From assembly GCF_006345805.1 (NCBI RefSeq), contig NC_043009.1, forward strand, positions 17,732,001-17,796,000: a stretch of 64,000 nt of DNA, read 5' to 3'. Both the position numbers and the translations under genes were made by a program. The notes beneath the pieces are model-generated. The model was not told the DNA's origin. It was given only the letters and a program-made list of their open reading frames with translations, and searched no databases. Below are positions 53,260-64,000 of the stretch, one piece after another; position 1 is the first letter of the stretch; every line of letters starts with the position of its first letter. This stretch comes from Octopus sinensis (Eukaryota).

Positions 53260-54353
53260 GCATATATATTTAAATGTACATATTGAATATATATATATTC
53301 ATATATAAATGTATATATATGTGTCTGTGTGTATCTATGTAAGTGTGCATATATAAATATATATATATACATATACATACATATGTGTATATACATATAT
53401 ATATAGAGAGAGAGATGGGGGAGAGGGAAAAAGAGAGACTGCTTATGACTAATACTATCAAAGTAGAGAGTATACAGAGTACACAATACTAAATTAGCAG
53501 AGTGTAATTAATACTTCACATGGAGGAAGCCAGCATTTATTAATACTGATTTTTAAATAAATGTGTGTGTGTGTACATGTGTGGGGGCATGCCCATGTGT
53601 AGTGTGTGTTTGTGTGAACATCTGTGTATGTATATACTCATGTGTACTCAATTTTGATTTTATATATTCTTTGATCATGTTTTAACCAATTATAAAATTT
53701 TCCTTGTCTTGCAGATATTCTGTGGGTTTGTGCATTGTAAAAGTGTGTAAAATCTCTGTTAATCACTTGCTTAAGAGATTTAAGAATTGCACCTTACCAC
53801 CTATATTGTCTTGTTGTTTATTTCAGTATGTCTTTCTTGTTTTTGAGATGGTAGTAGAGAAATGTCTACTGACTGCATCTATGATCCCAGTTAATTTCAC
53901 CTTACTGTATTACATATATGTATTTGATGTGTAGAATGCTTCCCAGAAGAGACCCTCTCTGTCAAAAACAGCCATCAAGAAGCAAATGAATAAGACAGAG
54001 TAAAAGTGTGAGCAGGAAAATGGTAAGTAGATTTTCATGTACAGAATAAAGGAAGTCTGAGTCACTCAGTGGAATTATATGTGATATCCAAGGTTAAGGG
54101 GTGAAACTAAGGTCTACCACAATTGGTCATGCTTGGTTATGAACTGACATCTAAGTATAATCACTGATACTTTACTTCATTAAGTAGAATATCAATTACA
54201 AGGGAATTGGTAAGAAGGTAAATGACTGGGTACTTGATGATGTACATATTTTGTGTGTGTGTGTGTGAATATACCCACACACACACATACATACACATTT
54301 ATTATTATCATTATTATTATTATTATATTATTATTATTATTATTATTATTATT

Positions 54354-54565
54354 AAGGCAGCAAACTGGCAGAATCGTTAGCATGTTGGGTAAAATGCTTA
54401 TCAGTATTTCATCTATCTCCATGTTCTGAATTCAAATTCTGCCGAGGTCAACTTTGCTTTTATACTTTAGGGTCGATAAATTAAGTCCCAGTGGAACACT
54501 GGGGTCGATGTAATTGACTAGTCCTCTCCCACCAAACTTCAAGCTTTGTGCTTTCAATAGAAAGG

Positions 54566-54566
<1 letters not shown>
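54354..54566 (+). mobile_element. SINE family B
   Basis: Head and core match 7396-7606; its (TTA)n tail abuts the Dong element. Confidence 0.82.
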
Positions 54567-54611
<45 letters not shown>

Positions 54612-54614
<3 letters not shown>

Positions 54615-55942
54615 GTATTATATGTTTGACTTTTGCTTTATATTTGTACAAGTTGGCTCCAAGTCTCACCCAGAGACCTCAAGAGACAACAGGTTGGAAG
54701 TTCGTGTTGTTGTTATGCCTAGTGTGCCATATATTTGGTTTTGTATTTAGTGTTGTACTAGTGAATGTTTAAAAAAAAAATCCCATACGAAAATTATGTT
54801 TGTTTTAAAACTTGAGATTACATAGAAAGTATTTTGCGTAGGATATGAGCAGTTCCCATGAGCACTATCTTTTGAATTTCTGCCATTTTGGGGTTTCCTG
54901 GTATCTGAGTTAGGTAGCAATCAGCCCCTTTTGCTATCATTCCCAGGGCACCTATGACAACAGGTATTGTTTTAGTCTTCAGGTTCCACATTTTGCTGAT
55001 TTCTATTTCCAGATCTTTAAATTTGCTCAGTTTCTGGTAGGTCTTGACAGATACGTTTATATCGATTGGGACAGTCATATCAATGAGGAGGCATGTTCTT
55101 TGCCTGAAGTCTTTCAATATGATTTCTGGCCTATTTGCATCTATCTTTCTGTCAGTTTGAATGGTGAAGTTCCAGAGGAGTGAGATGTGGCCATTTTCAA
55201 GCACTGGGGGTGGTTTGTGTTCCCACCAGTCTTTTTCACCAGGTTTTTGCAGATTACCCAGTGAATATGTGCAGCTCTATCATGCCTGTTGAGATACTCT
55301 GTAGGCGCAAGAAGACTGCACTTGGAGACAACATGATCAATGGTTTCATTTTGTTGTTGACATATACAACATGTTGGGCTACTGCTGTTCTTTAATATGT
55401 TGGCCTGGTAGTTCCTTGTTGGTAGGCATAGATCTTGAGCTGCTATGATAAACCCTTCTGTTTCAGATTTTAAGCCAGAGGCCATTAGTCATTGATGGGT
55501 CAGGGCTTTGTCAACATCTGCATTATTCGCTCTCTTTGGGTATTTGCCATAGAGAGGTTTTTCTTGCCATTTATCATTCAGAATATCTAAGGCAGCAGTT
55601 TTAGCATGGGTTTTCATACGTTTAGCTTTTTCTGTGCTTGTTTCTTGTACGTCTAATTCCGAAATTTGTTGTATTCGGAATTCACTTAGATATTCCTTTG
55701 CCTGTTTTGTTACTGAGTATGATGCTTTCTTGTTTTCATGTTTTGAGACAAGTTTTAACATCCAGTCCTCAGAGTTTTTCAGGTAGATGTCTAGGCCAAT
55801 TGTAGCAATCTTCATTGTTATTGCCAGTTGTAAAAGTCCACGGCTTCCCTCTTTTCTTGGCAGATAAAGTCGTTCTATATCTGCCTTAGGGTGGTGCATT
55901 CTATGCATTGTCAACAGTTTTCGTATTTTTCTATCAAGATTA
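54612..55942 (-). mobile_element. 5'-truncated R4/Dong-clade LINE (RT end, CCHC, RLE endonuclease)
   Basis: RLYLPRKEGSRGL, CCICQQQNETIDHVVSKC, NRPEIILKD..LLIDMTVP..K..IPVVIGALG; (TAA)n on both sides. Confidence 0.92.
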
Positions 55943-55966
55943 TAATTATTATTATTATTGTTATTA

Positions 55967-56045
<79 letters not shown>

Positions 56046-56505
56046 CGAGTGAGAGAGCAGTGCATGCCACCAGAGACAGTGTAGTACAGATATATGAAAC
56101 CCAATATACCCATCATGACTACCCATCTGATAAGGGTACACCAGACACATGTATTACAACCATTGTGCACAAAATGGTGATCTCATATTCAAGATAAATA
56201 GTGCTTGGCCTTGCAGGTGGGGCCCAGTTAGAATTTTCTTCAGATCGAGTAGCCCATCCTGTTCAAAAGGTTCTTGAACAGTTGTTTAAGGATGTTGAAT
56301 GAAACACCCATGTTTCCAAAGAAGGATTATTAAAATCCCAAAGAATTCCTCTGATGCTCCCCCACTACTTCTGCATGTGATCGGGGATGCACAAATCGTG
56401 TGCCACCAAAGAATATGCTCAACTGGTTATGGTAAAGCAACTGACAAAGAAGTCTGTGGTATCGAGCAGAATATTTGCCAAAGCCCATTCCTTTTACACC
56501 AAGAT
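56046..56505. repeat. ~450-bp (TTA)n-associated repeat (copy 2)
   Basis: Collinear with 7621-8075. Confidence 0.85.
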
Positions 56506-56959
56506 AAAACAATGTACATGATAACATTTCTAATCAGTTAAGAGCAGAAACCATGAGAGCTAGTGCCTCTTATTGCATTGTCATCGTCATCATCATTATT
56601 ATTATTATTATTATAAAAAGCACTAAAAGCTTTGTTAAATACGGTTACCTTGGGTTTCCTGGCATAAATGTTAATCTATTTCACCATTTATCAAACTGGT
56701 AAAAAGAACAATATAGTTCAGTAACTGATGCAATCAGCATTTGAATGAGCTTCTACATTTAGAAAAAAGTCAGAGAGAAATCAAGGAACAATCACCATTA
56801 TTATTATTATTGTACAGAAGTTTTACAAGAATTACAAGTTTTACAAAAATTACATAAACCAACACTGCAATAAGCTATGGTATGTCCAGTAGTTTATCCT
56901 TAACTCCCACTATATATATTTAATAAAGTATAGATATGAGGAAAGAATCTCACTTTTGG

Positions 56960-57172
56960 TAATTATGAAGACCCTGGAGGTTCTTAATTTTTTTTAAAAG
57001 ATGCAGTTTTTGAAGCAAGCATATAGAACACCTTTTTGACCCATTAATATAGGGTTTGGTCAGAGAAATATTTTTCATTTGATGTGGTAGTTGATGCTTT
57101 CGTCCTTAAGTCTCCAGATAAATGTGGAGAGGGTTGTTGTGTGTCTCTTCTCAGGATGTTCAAAGGATGAAA
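56960..57172 (-). pseudogene. Penelope-like GIY-YIG C-terminal fragment (second PLE type)
   Basis: SFEHPEKRHTTTLSTFIWRLKDESINYHIK*KI followed by frameshifted KRCSICLLQKL. Confidence 0.7.
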
Positions 57173-57177
57173 GATAC

Positions 57178-57834
57178 AGTTCTATATTTAAGAGATGAGG
57201 AATTATGAACATTATTTACATTATTTACATTTGACAGATATTAGTCCTCATCCTGTTTGTTGTTAACACGTATCAGCTGGTATACCCTCCAGCCTTCTTC
57301 AGGTGTCTTGGGGAAATTTAGAACTTAGGGTCTCATTCCTAAGGTATTTTTCGATATTATTATTATTATTGTTGTTATTATTATTATTATTATCATTATT
57401 ATCGAACTCGGAATCTTGGGGTTAGTAGCCCACACTCTTAACCACTATGCCATATACCTGTGAGCAATTATGGAGTGAATTTTAGGGCTTATAAATCTAA
57501 TATTTTTCTATCCTTCCTTAATACCGGCTCATATCGGCACTCGGTCTGCTTAGGAGGTTGTTGTGTCCTAGCATATGTGCTGCTTCTTTTAGTTTTCGTA
57601 TTTTCCAATGGTGTTCTCTGTATATTATTTTAACTTCATCCCACAGGGAAATAAACCCTAAAGTTATAAGCCCTGAAATTCACTCCATAATTGCCCATGG
57701 GCATATGGCATAGTGGTTAAGAGTGTGGACTACTAACCCCAAGATTCCGAGTTCAATTCCAAGCAGTGACCTGAACAATAATAATAATAATAATAATAAC
57801 ATCAAAAATACCTTAGGAATGAGGACCCAGGTTC
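57178..57834 (-). mobile_element. 5'-truncated Penelope element with an inverted partial pLTR; 3' UTR has a tRNA-like module, (AAT)n and a hammerhead
   Basis: ORF end LWDEVKIIYREHHWKIRKLKEAAHMLG..* (57646-57518); inverted arms 57321-57494 and 57664-57834. Confidence 0.85.
57699..57771 (+). promoter_or_regulatory. tRNA-like Pol III module (A and B boxes), not a functional tRNA
   Basis: A box TGGCATAGTGG at 57706-57716, B box GTTCAATTCC at 57751-57760, anticodon-like loop CTACTAA; no convincing acceptor stem. Confidence 0.65.
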
Positions 57835-59189
57835 ATAAGTAATTTTGTTATATATATCTTAAGATATTTATATATATATATATGTACAAATAAAATTTCC
57901 TTTCTATTGCTCTCCCTATGTCAAAATTCACCCCATATCTTACAGGTAACCAAAGAACTTGACCCACCTAATCTGTAGATATGAAATCGAAAATGTGAGT
58001 TAAAGACTTGGGAGAGAGAATTGTTCATAAGTAATTTTGATCAGTGAACATGGTCATTCAACCAGCTGAAAATTGCAGCTAAATCTTTAAGAATTACACT
58101 CTGTTGTCTGAAATGAAGGTTTTTTTTTTTTAACAATACAATTTCTGATAGGATTATCTCCACTGGAAAGCCTTGCATCATAGTTTTGTTCCACTACAAC
58201 TGATCTGGGAATATGCAACTACAAAGCCATTGGGTGCAAGTGCTCAAACAACAAGATATAGTTGCCAAATTTTTCTCAAATCATATCTGCATTCTTAAAT
58301 TAGGTGAAGGAAACACTAAAAATTGTAGACCTATATATATAAACAAATATAAATAAATATAAATACGACAGATACATCAAAGAGTACACCCAATAAAAAT
58401 ACACAAAACACATATAAATTTATTATATGAATCAACTGCATAAAAACAATTGAACAGATGAATACATAATCAAATACCTCACAAAGCAGAACACAAAATG
58501 CGTCACATCTGACCACAAACTTTAACTAATAGTATACTACAAAATCTTCCTTATCATAGCACAACATCAGCATGTAAACCAGGAACAACATACTAACAGC
58601 ACAGTTTAACTATAAATTTCACTGTAAGACTGAGAGTTGCAAACATCAGGAGTCTAGTTGTTACATCAGACATACAAGTACCTAATTTCTCTTGGGTTCA
58701 TTATTCGTTTACAACAAGAAGAAATTACAGGACACTATGCTACACACTACAAAACAATATTAGACAGACAAATACTAGAAAATAATACTTTTACAAAATA
58801 GAAAATTAATCATGATCCCTATATTGATCTCACAACACAATACTAAAATAAACATACAAACAATGCACACACCAAAAGATTAACACGTGGCTACTGTCAT
58901 GAAAACTTGAAAATAAGACTGTGAAAATCTGGAAATGTTGAATATTAATTTAAGAACTTTATGGTTCCAAACTAACTGCAATATATATATAAAAAATTTT
59001 TTTTTAAACTAAGAAGGCAGTGCAAAAAAAACTAAAATAAATATAATTCTTTTCTACTCTAGGCACAAGGCCCGAACATTAATTATCCGACTGGTACTTA
59101 ATTTATCAACCCCAAAAGCATGAAAATAAAAATAATAAACTTGAACACAATCATCTATTTAAGTATGGCTACCTTGGGTAACTGTTTTC

Positions 59190-59365
59190 TACTATAGCCA
59201 CAGGCTGACCAAAGCCTTGTGAGTGGATTTAGTAGACAGAAACTGGAAAGAAGCCCATTGCATATATATATATATATATATCATCATCATCATCATCATC
59301 ATCGTTTAACGTCCGTTCTCCATGCTAGCATGGGTTGGACAGTTCGACCGGGGATCTGGGAAGCC

Positions 59366-59415
<50 letters not shown>

Positions 59416-59640
59416 ATGTATGTATGTTTGTGTGTCTGTGTTTGTCTCTCCACCATCACTTGACAACTGATGTTAGTGCATTTACATCCCTGTAACTTAG
59501 TGGTTCAGCAAAAGAGACTGATAGAACAAGTGCTAAGCTTACAAAGAATAAGTTCTGGGGTCGATTTGTTTGACTAATGGTGATGCTCCAGCATGGCTAC
59601 AATTAAATGATTGAAACAAGTAAAAGAATAAAAGAATATA
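59190..59640 (+). mobile_element. SINE family A with a nested RTE 3'-end fragment (59281-59368)
   Basis: The SINE halves are collinear around the (CAT)n-RTE insert. Confidence 0.8.
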
Positions 59641-59735
59641 TATAGAGAGAGAGGTGGGGGAGAAAGACAGACAGACAGGGAGGGAGGGAGGGAGTTAGAG
59701 AGTGAGATAGCTAGCTAGCTGGATAGATAGATAGG

Positions 59736-59804
<69 letters not shown>

Positions 59805-60206
59805 GGATGGATGGATGGATGGACGGACGGACGGACGGACGGACGAACAGACAGATAGATATAGATATATCTATATTGCTTTGGCAGTGTGAAGCCCTGC
59901 TGTGAGTTTGACTGGTCTGAAAGATATATATCAATCAGACTGAGATCATTGGGCGGGGAGTGTATGTGTGCATGTAATAGGTGATACATGCACACATACA
60001 TGTGTATAGGGAAGTGTTTACACTAATACGAATCTTGTAAACATTTACATACACATGCATGAATACACCCCCTGCCCCCCAAATCTGCCCACACTTGTCT
60101 GAGTCTGGTTAACTTATGTCATCTAGACATGTAAAACAGACAAGCTCTCAATTGAGAATCTCACAATCAAAATAAAGTATATACTTTACATATCTATATC
60201 ATGTTT

Positions 60207-60215
60207 ATTCCATAG

Positions 60216-60259
<44 letters not shown>

Positions 60260-60320
60260 TTATCTATCTATCCATCCATCGATCTGTCTATCTATCTATC
60301 TATCTATCTGTCTATCTATC

Positions 60321-60351
<31 letters not shown>

Positions 60352-60402
60352 TTATCTATCTATCCATCCATCGATCTGTCTATCTATCTATCTATCTATC
60401 TG

Positions 60403-60439
<37 letters not shown>

Positions 60440-60529
60440 TTATCTATCTATCCATCCATCGATCTGTCTATCTATCTATCTATCTATCTGTCTATCTATC
60501 TACTATCTATCTATCTATCTATCTATCTA

Positions 60530-60611
<82 letters not shown>
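60207..60611. repeat. (TATC)n array with ~90-bp higher-order repeats
   Basis: The variant ccatccatcgatctgtc recurs at ~60272, ~60364 and ~60452. Confidence 0.9.
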
Positions 60612-60613
<2 letters not shown>

Positions 60614-61697
60614 GCGAGTGTCGCGTTGCTCTCAAGCAAAGCATTCTATAGGGGATTAGTGGAGGGGAGGTACGATGACAAGCTCGGGGCGAACCTGGAC
60701 GTCGATGAGGAATACCTGACCCGCCTGTTCGGGACGACTTTCGGGCGAGGGCCCATGGACAACTTCCAGAGATCCCTGGCCTGGCAGTGCTACCGAGAAG
60801 CGCTACCCATTCGGGATAAGCTCTACAGACACAGCTCGAGAAACACGGGGCCGACCTGCCCGAGATGCGGTCAGAGCGCCGAAACCATTCTGCACGCACT
60901 CGTGCAGTGTCCAACAATTTCCGACCTGTGGGCTTAAGTCGAACAACTGCTGTCATGTGTGGGACGAGTCGGTTTATCAGTTGACTCTATCGTCAATATT
61001 GTCACGCCTCCTTCCTTCAAACGGGAAGGAAGAGCTATTTTCATCATCCTTGTGGCTACGGCGAAAGAATGTAGCTGGTGGATGCATCTGAAAGGATTGG
61101 AGACAAACACTTTCCTCTCTGGTCAATCTCTCATCAACTTCTTCAAGTACCACTTGAAAAGGAAAGTGAGAGTAGAGAGGCAAGTTTTGTCTAGCGAATG
61201 TTTTAAAAAAAGATGGGTGAATGTAGCAAGGATGGCACGTATGAATGACGAAGCCACCTTGAACATGATCCTATGAACCCAGAAATTGAAAACAGAGGGT
61301 TACCCACTTGCAATAAAATGTGGTAACATATAACAATATTGACCGAGGTTACCGTGGTCTTTTTCGTAGGCTTTTCTCCCCATGGATAAACCTTATCTGC
61401 TTCCCCCTTTACACCGTACATCATGACACTGTGATACACGATCCCTATTGATCGTTTTTTTTCCTCTTCCCCTTTTTTCCTCTTTTTTCTTCTTTTTTCC
61501 TTTTTCTTTTCTCTTGTTTCTTTTCCTTTTTCTTTTCTTTTTTTTCTTTTTTCCCTTTTACGATCCCTTTTGATCGAAAACCTACGCCACTTTTTTTGCT
61601 TCTTTTGTTTTTTGTTTTTTTTCATCCCCCAAAAGAAAAGCTCTACCTTGTAATTTGTCCCATCTGTGTGCAGCCCTGTGTGGCCAATAAAGAAACT
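60612..61697 (+). mobile_element. Young 5'-truncated Tx1-clade LINE (ORF2 C-terminus plus 3' UTR)
   Basis: ORFs 60626-60937 and 60959-61276 are in the same frame, separated by one TAA; CPRCGQSAETILHALVQC; homologous to 35720-36460. Confidence 0.92.
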
Positions 61698-62136
61698 TAT
61701 CTATCTATCTATCTATTTACCTATCTCCCTATCTATTTATTTGTATGTATATTAGTCCCAAAATACAAACTAGGTAACATCATTGGATTCAAACAATGTC
61801 CCTGATGTTACATCAGACTCTTCTGTCTCCCGGTGTGATGTCTAAACTATGACTGCATTCCAATATGTTGGATGGCTGTTGACTCTACTGTGTTGATCTG
61901 CCCTTTGTCAAGTTTTGTTTTTCCTCCCACATAGTTTTGTAGGGTTGTCAGTTTAGCAGTCACCAAATGCTCAAAAATTTGACAAATTGTTTAGAGAACA
62001 GAACTGGCCCAATGCCAGGCCTTGCACCACTTTAAAAAGCTTCAGGCATAGGCATCACTTGATTTTTAACATTTCTATTATGTATGGCTGTCCATAGTAA
62101 AAAAAAAGGCAAAACACTCCATGAAATTGAGTTGCA

Positions 62137-62178
<42 letters not shown>

Positions 62179-62208
62179 ATGTGTGTATATATATATATAT
62201 AATATATA

Positions 62209-62240
<32 letters not shown>

Positions 62241-63324
62241 TAAATGATGATGATGATGATATATATGTATGTATATATACAGGTGGCACCTGACAATCTT
62301 CCAGATTATGGAAGACACCTGTGTAATAGAAGCAAGAGCTACTTCTGTAAAGGACTAATCCTTGACTTGCAGTCTTGACCTCAAATACTCTCTCTCTCTC
62401 TCTGCATATAATGTATGCATAATCCTAATTATAAGACAAATATTACTTTAACATATCTTTAATGATCGGTTACATAATGAAGTACCATTCTAATGTCTAA
62501 AACCGCAAACATTACGTAAATTTTCATTGTGACCTTTTGCATAAACTGGTGTTGTAAACAGAGTTGGTACAGAAACAATTGTAGCTGATCATTAAAAATA
62601 TGTGAAAATATTTCTTAATTATTTCATTTCATTTCATTTCATAATTATTTCATAATTATTTCCAAATTATTTTCTAATTATTTGGATTATATTTTACTCT
62701 TTACTAAACCCACACAACAGTTCTACTCTTGTGAAACCAGAATTTTCTATACCTGAAGAATTTCGGTATTAGTCTGAAATCTAACAATGTTGATAGCCCA
62801 AAACTCAGGTTGAGTGCTTCATTGGAAATACCCTACTTTTATACCCTGCCAGGACCTTGTGTGTATGCGTGTGCATACATTGAGAGAAAGAAAGATGTAG
62901 ACAGTTATATCTTTTACTCATGCATGCGCATGCATACACACATACACACACACACAGAGTCACAAAAGTACATCATTATAATGACTAGTAAAAAGTTGCT
63001 AATATATATAATTGTATGTTGGTAACAAAATTATTTCATCACACTTAGAAATTTTGTGTGATTGACTTTGCACACCAATGTGCCCGTCAGTGGGTCTGAA
63101 ATAATGAAAAGATAAAATAGTAATTAAAATATTTGCAGTGTTAAACATCTTTGGTCATGTGATCAATGAAGTGGGTTTCTTTTGTCAAGCTTCGGGAGGT
63201 GATTCTATTTTGAAGATAATCAGTAGCAATTGCTTAATTACTTGACAAAAACCACTCATCAAATATATGAAAAACAAAAACCACTAAACCCCATCCCTTA
63301 ATACTGCTCCCTCCTCAGCTGAGG

Positions 63325-63550
63325 GACTTATCTTGCAAGTTATTTGGCGACCTCATTGCAGTTGGTGCCCTGTAGAAAGCACCCAGTATATTCTGTAAGG
63401 TGGTTGGCTGAGAAAGGGCACCCAGGTATAGAAAATATGTCAAAGCAGACAGCAGAGTTTGACACAGCCCTATGGCTGACCAGCTCCTGTCAAACTTGTC
63501 CAGCTTGTGCTAGCATGGAAGGTGGATTTTAAACGATGGTGATGATAATA
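63325..63550 (+). mobile_element. Degenerate RTE 3'-end fragment
   Basis: aaagcacccag..ggttggc..gctagcatggaa..aaacgatggtgatg. Confidence 0.65.
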
Positions 63551-64000
63551 ATAATGAATATTTAAAACTTACTGATGAGTCCATAAGCTTTAGTTATGAG
63601 AAAACCTCAGGTGACTCAACATGCAATTATAACAAGGTCAGCATATTTTAAAAATAGATGTGTGTTGAGTACTTCTGTGCTTTTGCATGAAAAAAAGAAA
63701 TGTTTTTGTATGTGTACATGTGTGTGTGTGTATATATAGAGTGGATGCAAGCGCAAATATATGATTTATAAAAACATGTAACATATTAATAAAAATCTGT
63801 AAATATAAAACCATCCAGATTTCTGAGTACCTTATTTCTTCTTATATATATATATATATATATAATACAAAAGTGGGGCGGGACAAGAATGCAAAACATC
63901 CACACTGTTAGGTGATACAAAAAAGGGACAACAAAACATTTATTTCAGTCGAGTTCCAGATTATCTTTGCAATTTCAGCTGGTTATACTCAAGATTGCTC

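Noticed and set aside
53935-54022. Possible plus-strand exon ending ATG|gtaagt
   Set aside because: Weak polypyrimidine tract, stops in all three frames, and no partner exon identified.
55489-56070. 193-aa ORF with poly-N tract
   Set aside because: Read-through of an (AAT)n tract into the truncated Dong ORF; not a host gene.
57699-57771. tRNA gene with anticodon ACT
   Set aside because: No proper acceptor stem, and it is embedded in a repeat; kept only as a tRNA-like promoter module.
62280-62321. 42-bp CAGGTG..CACCTG mini inverted repeat
   Set aside because: Too short to classify; probably collapsed transposon ends.
63572-63615. CTGATGAGTCCATAA..TTATGAGAAAAC hammerhead-like string
   Set aside because: Stem II closing pairs are lost, position 17 would be G, and there is no stem I complement.

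Overview
AT-rich, repeat-dense metazoan DNA. It is very probably Octopus or another coleoid cephalopod, inferred from the SINE/LINE families and microsatellite load; no database was consulted. No intact multi-exon host gene is recognisable. Most of the window is decayed mobile DNA: several Penelope-like elements, RTE, CR1/L2, Tx1 and R4/Dong LINEs, Tc1/mariner/maT and hAT remnants, a Gypsy-like gag remnant, three tRNA-derived SINE families, MITEs and microsatellites. The most striking unexplained signal is a recurring set of type-I hammerhead ribozyme motifs on at least five sequence-unrelated scaffolds. Several sit inside large tandem or palindromic structures of Penelope pLTR type (12.4-13.6 kb, 41.8-42.9 kb, 57.2-57.8 kb). 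One Penelope 3' region also carries a tRNA-like Pol III A/B-box module upstream of its hammerhead. Other candidates are an 88-nt pre-miRNA-like hairpin, a nearby two-exon small secreted-peptide ORF on the same strand, a palindromic MITE with mirrored YY1/ETS/CCAAT motifs, and microsatellite-targeting LINEs (Tx1 in (TATC)n, Dong in (TAA)n). Coordinates were counted by hand and element boundaries are approximate.
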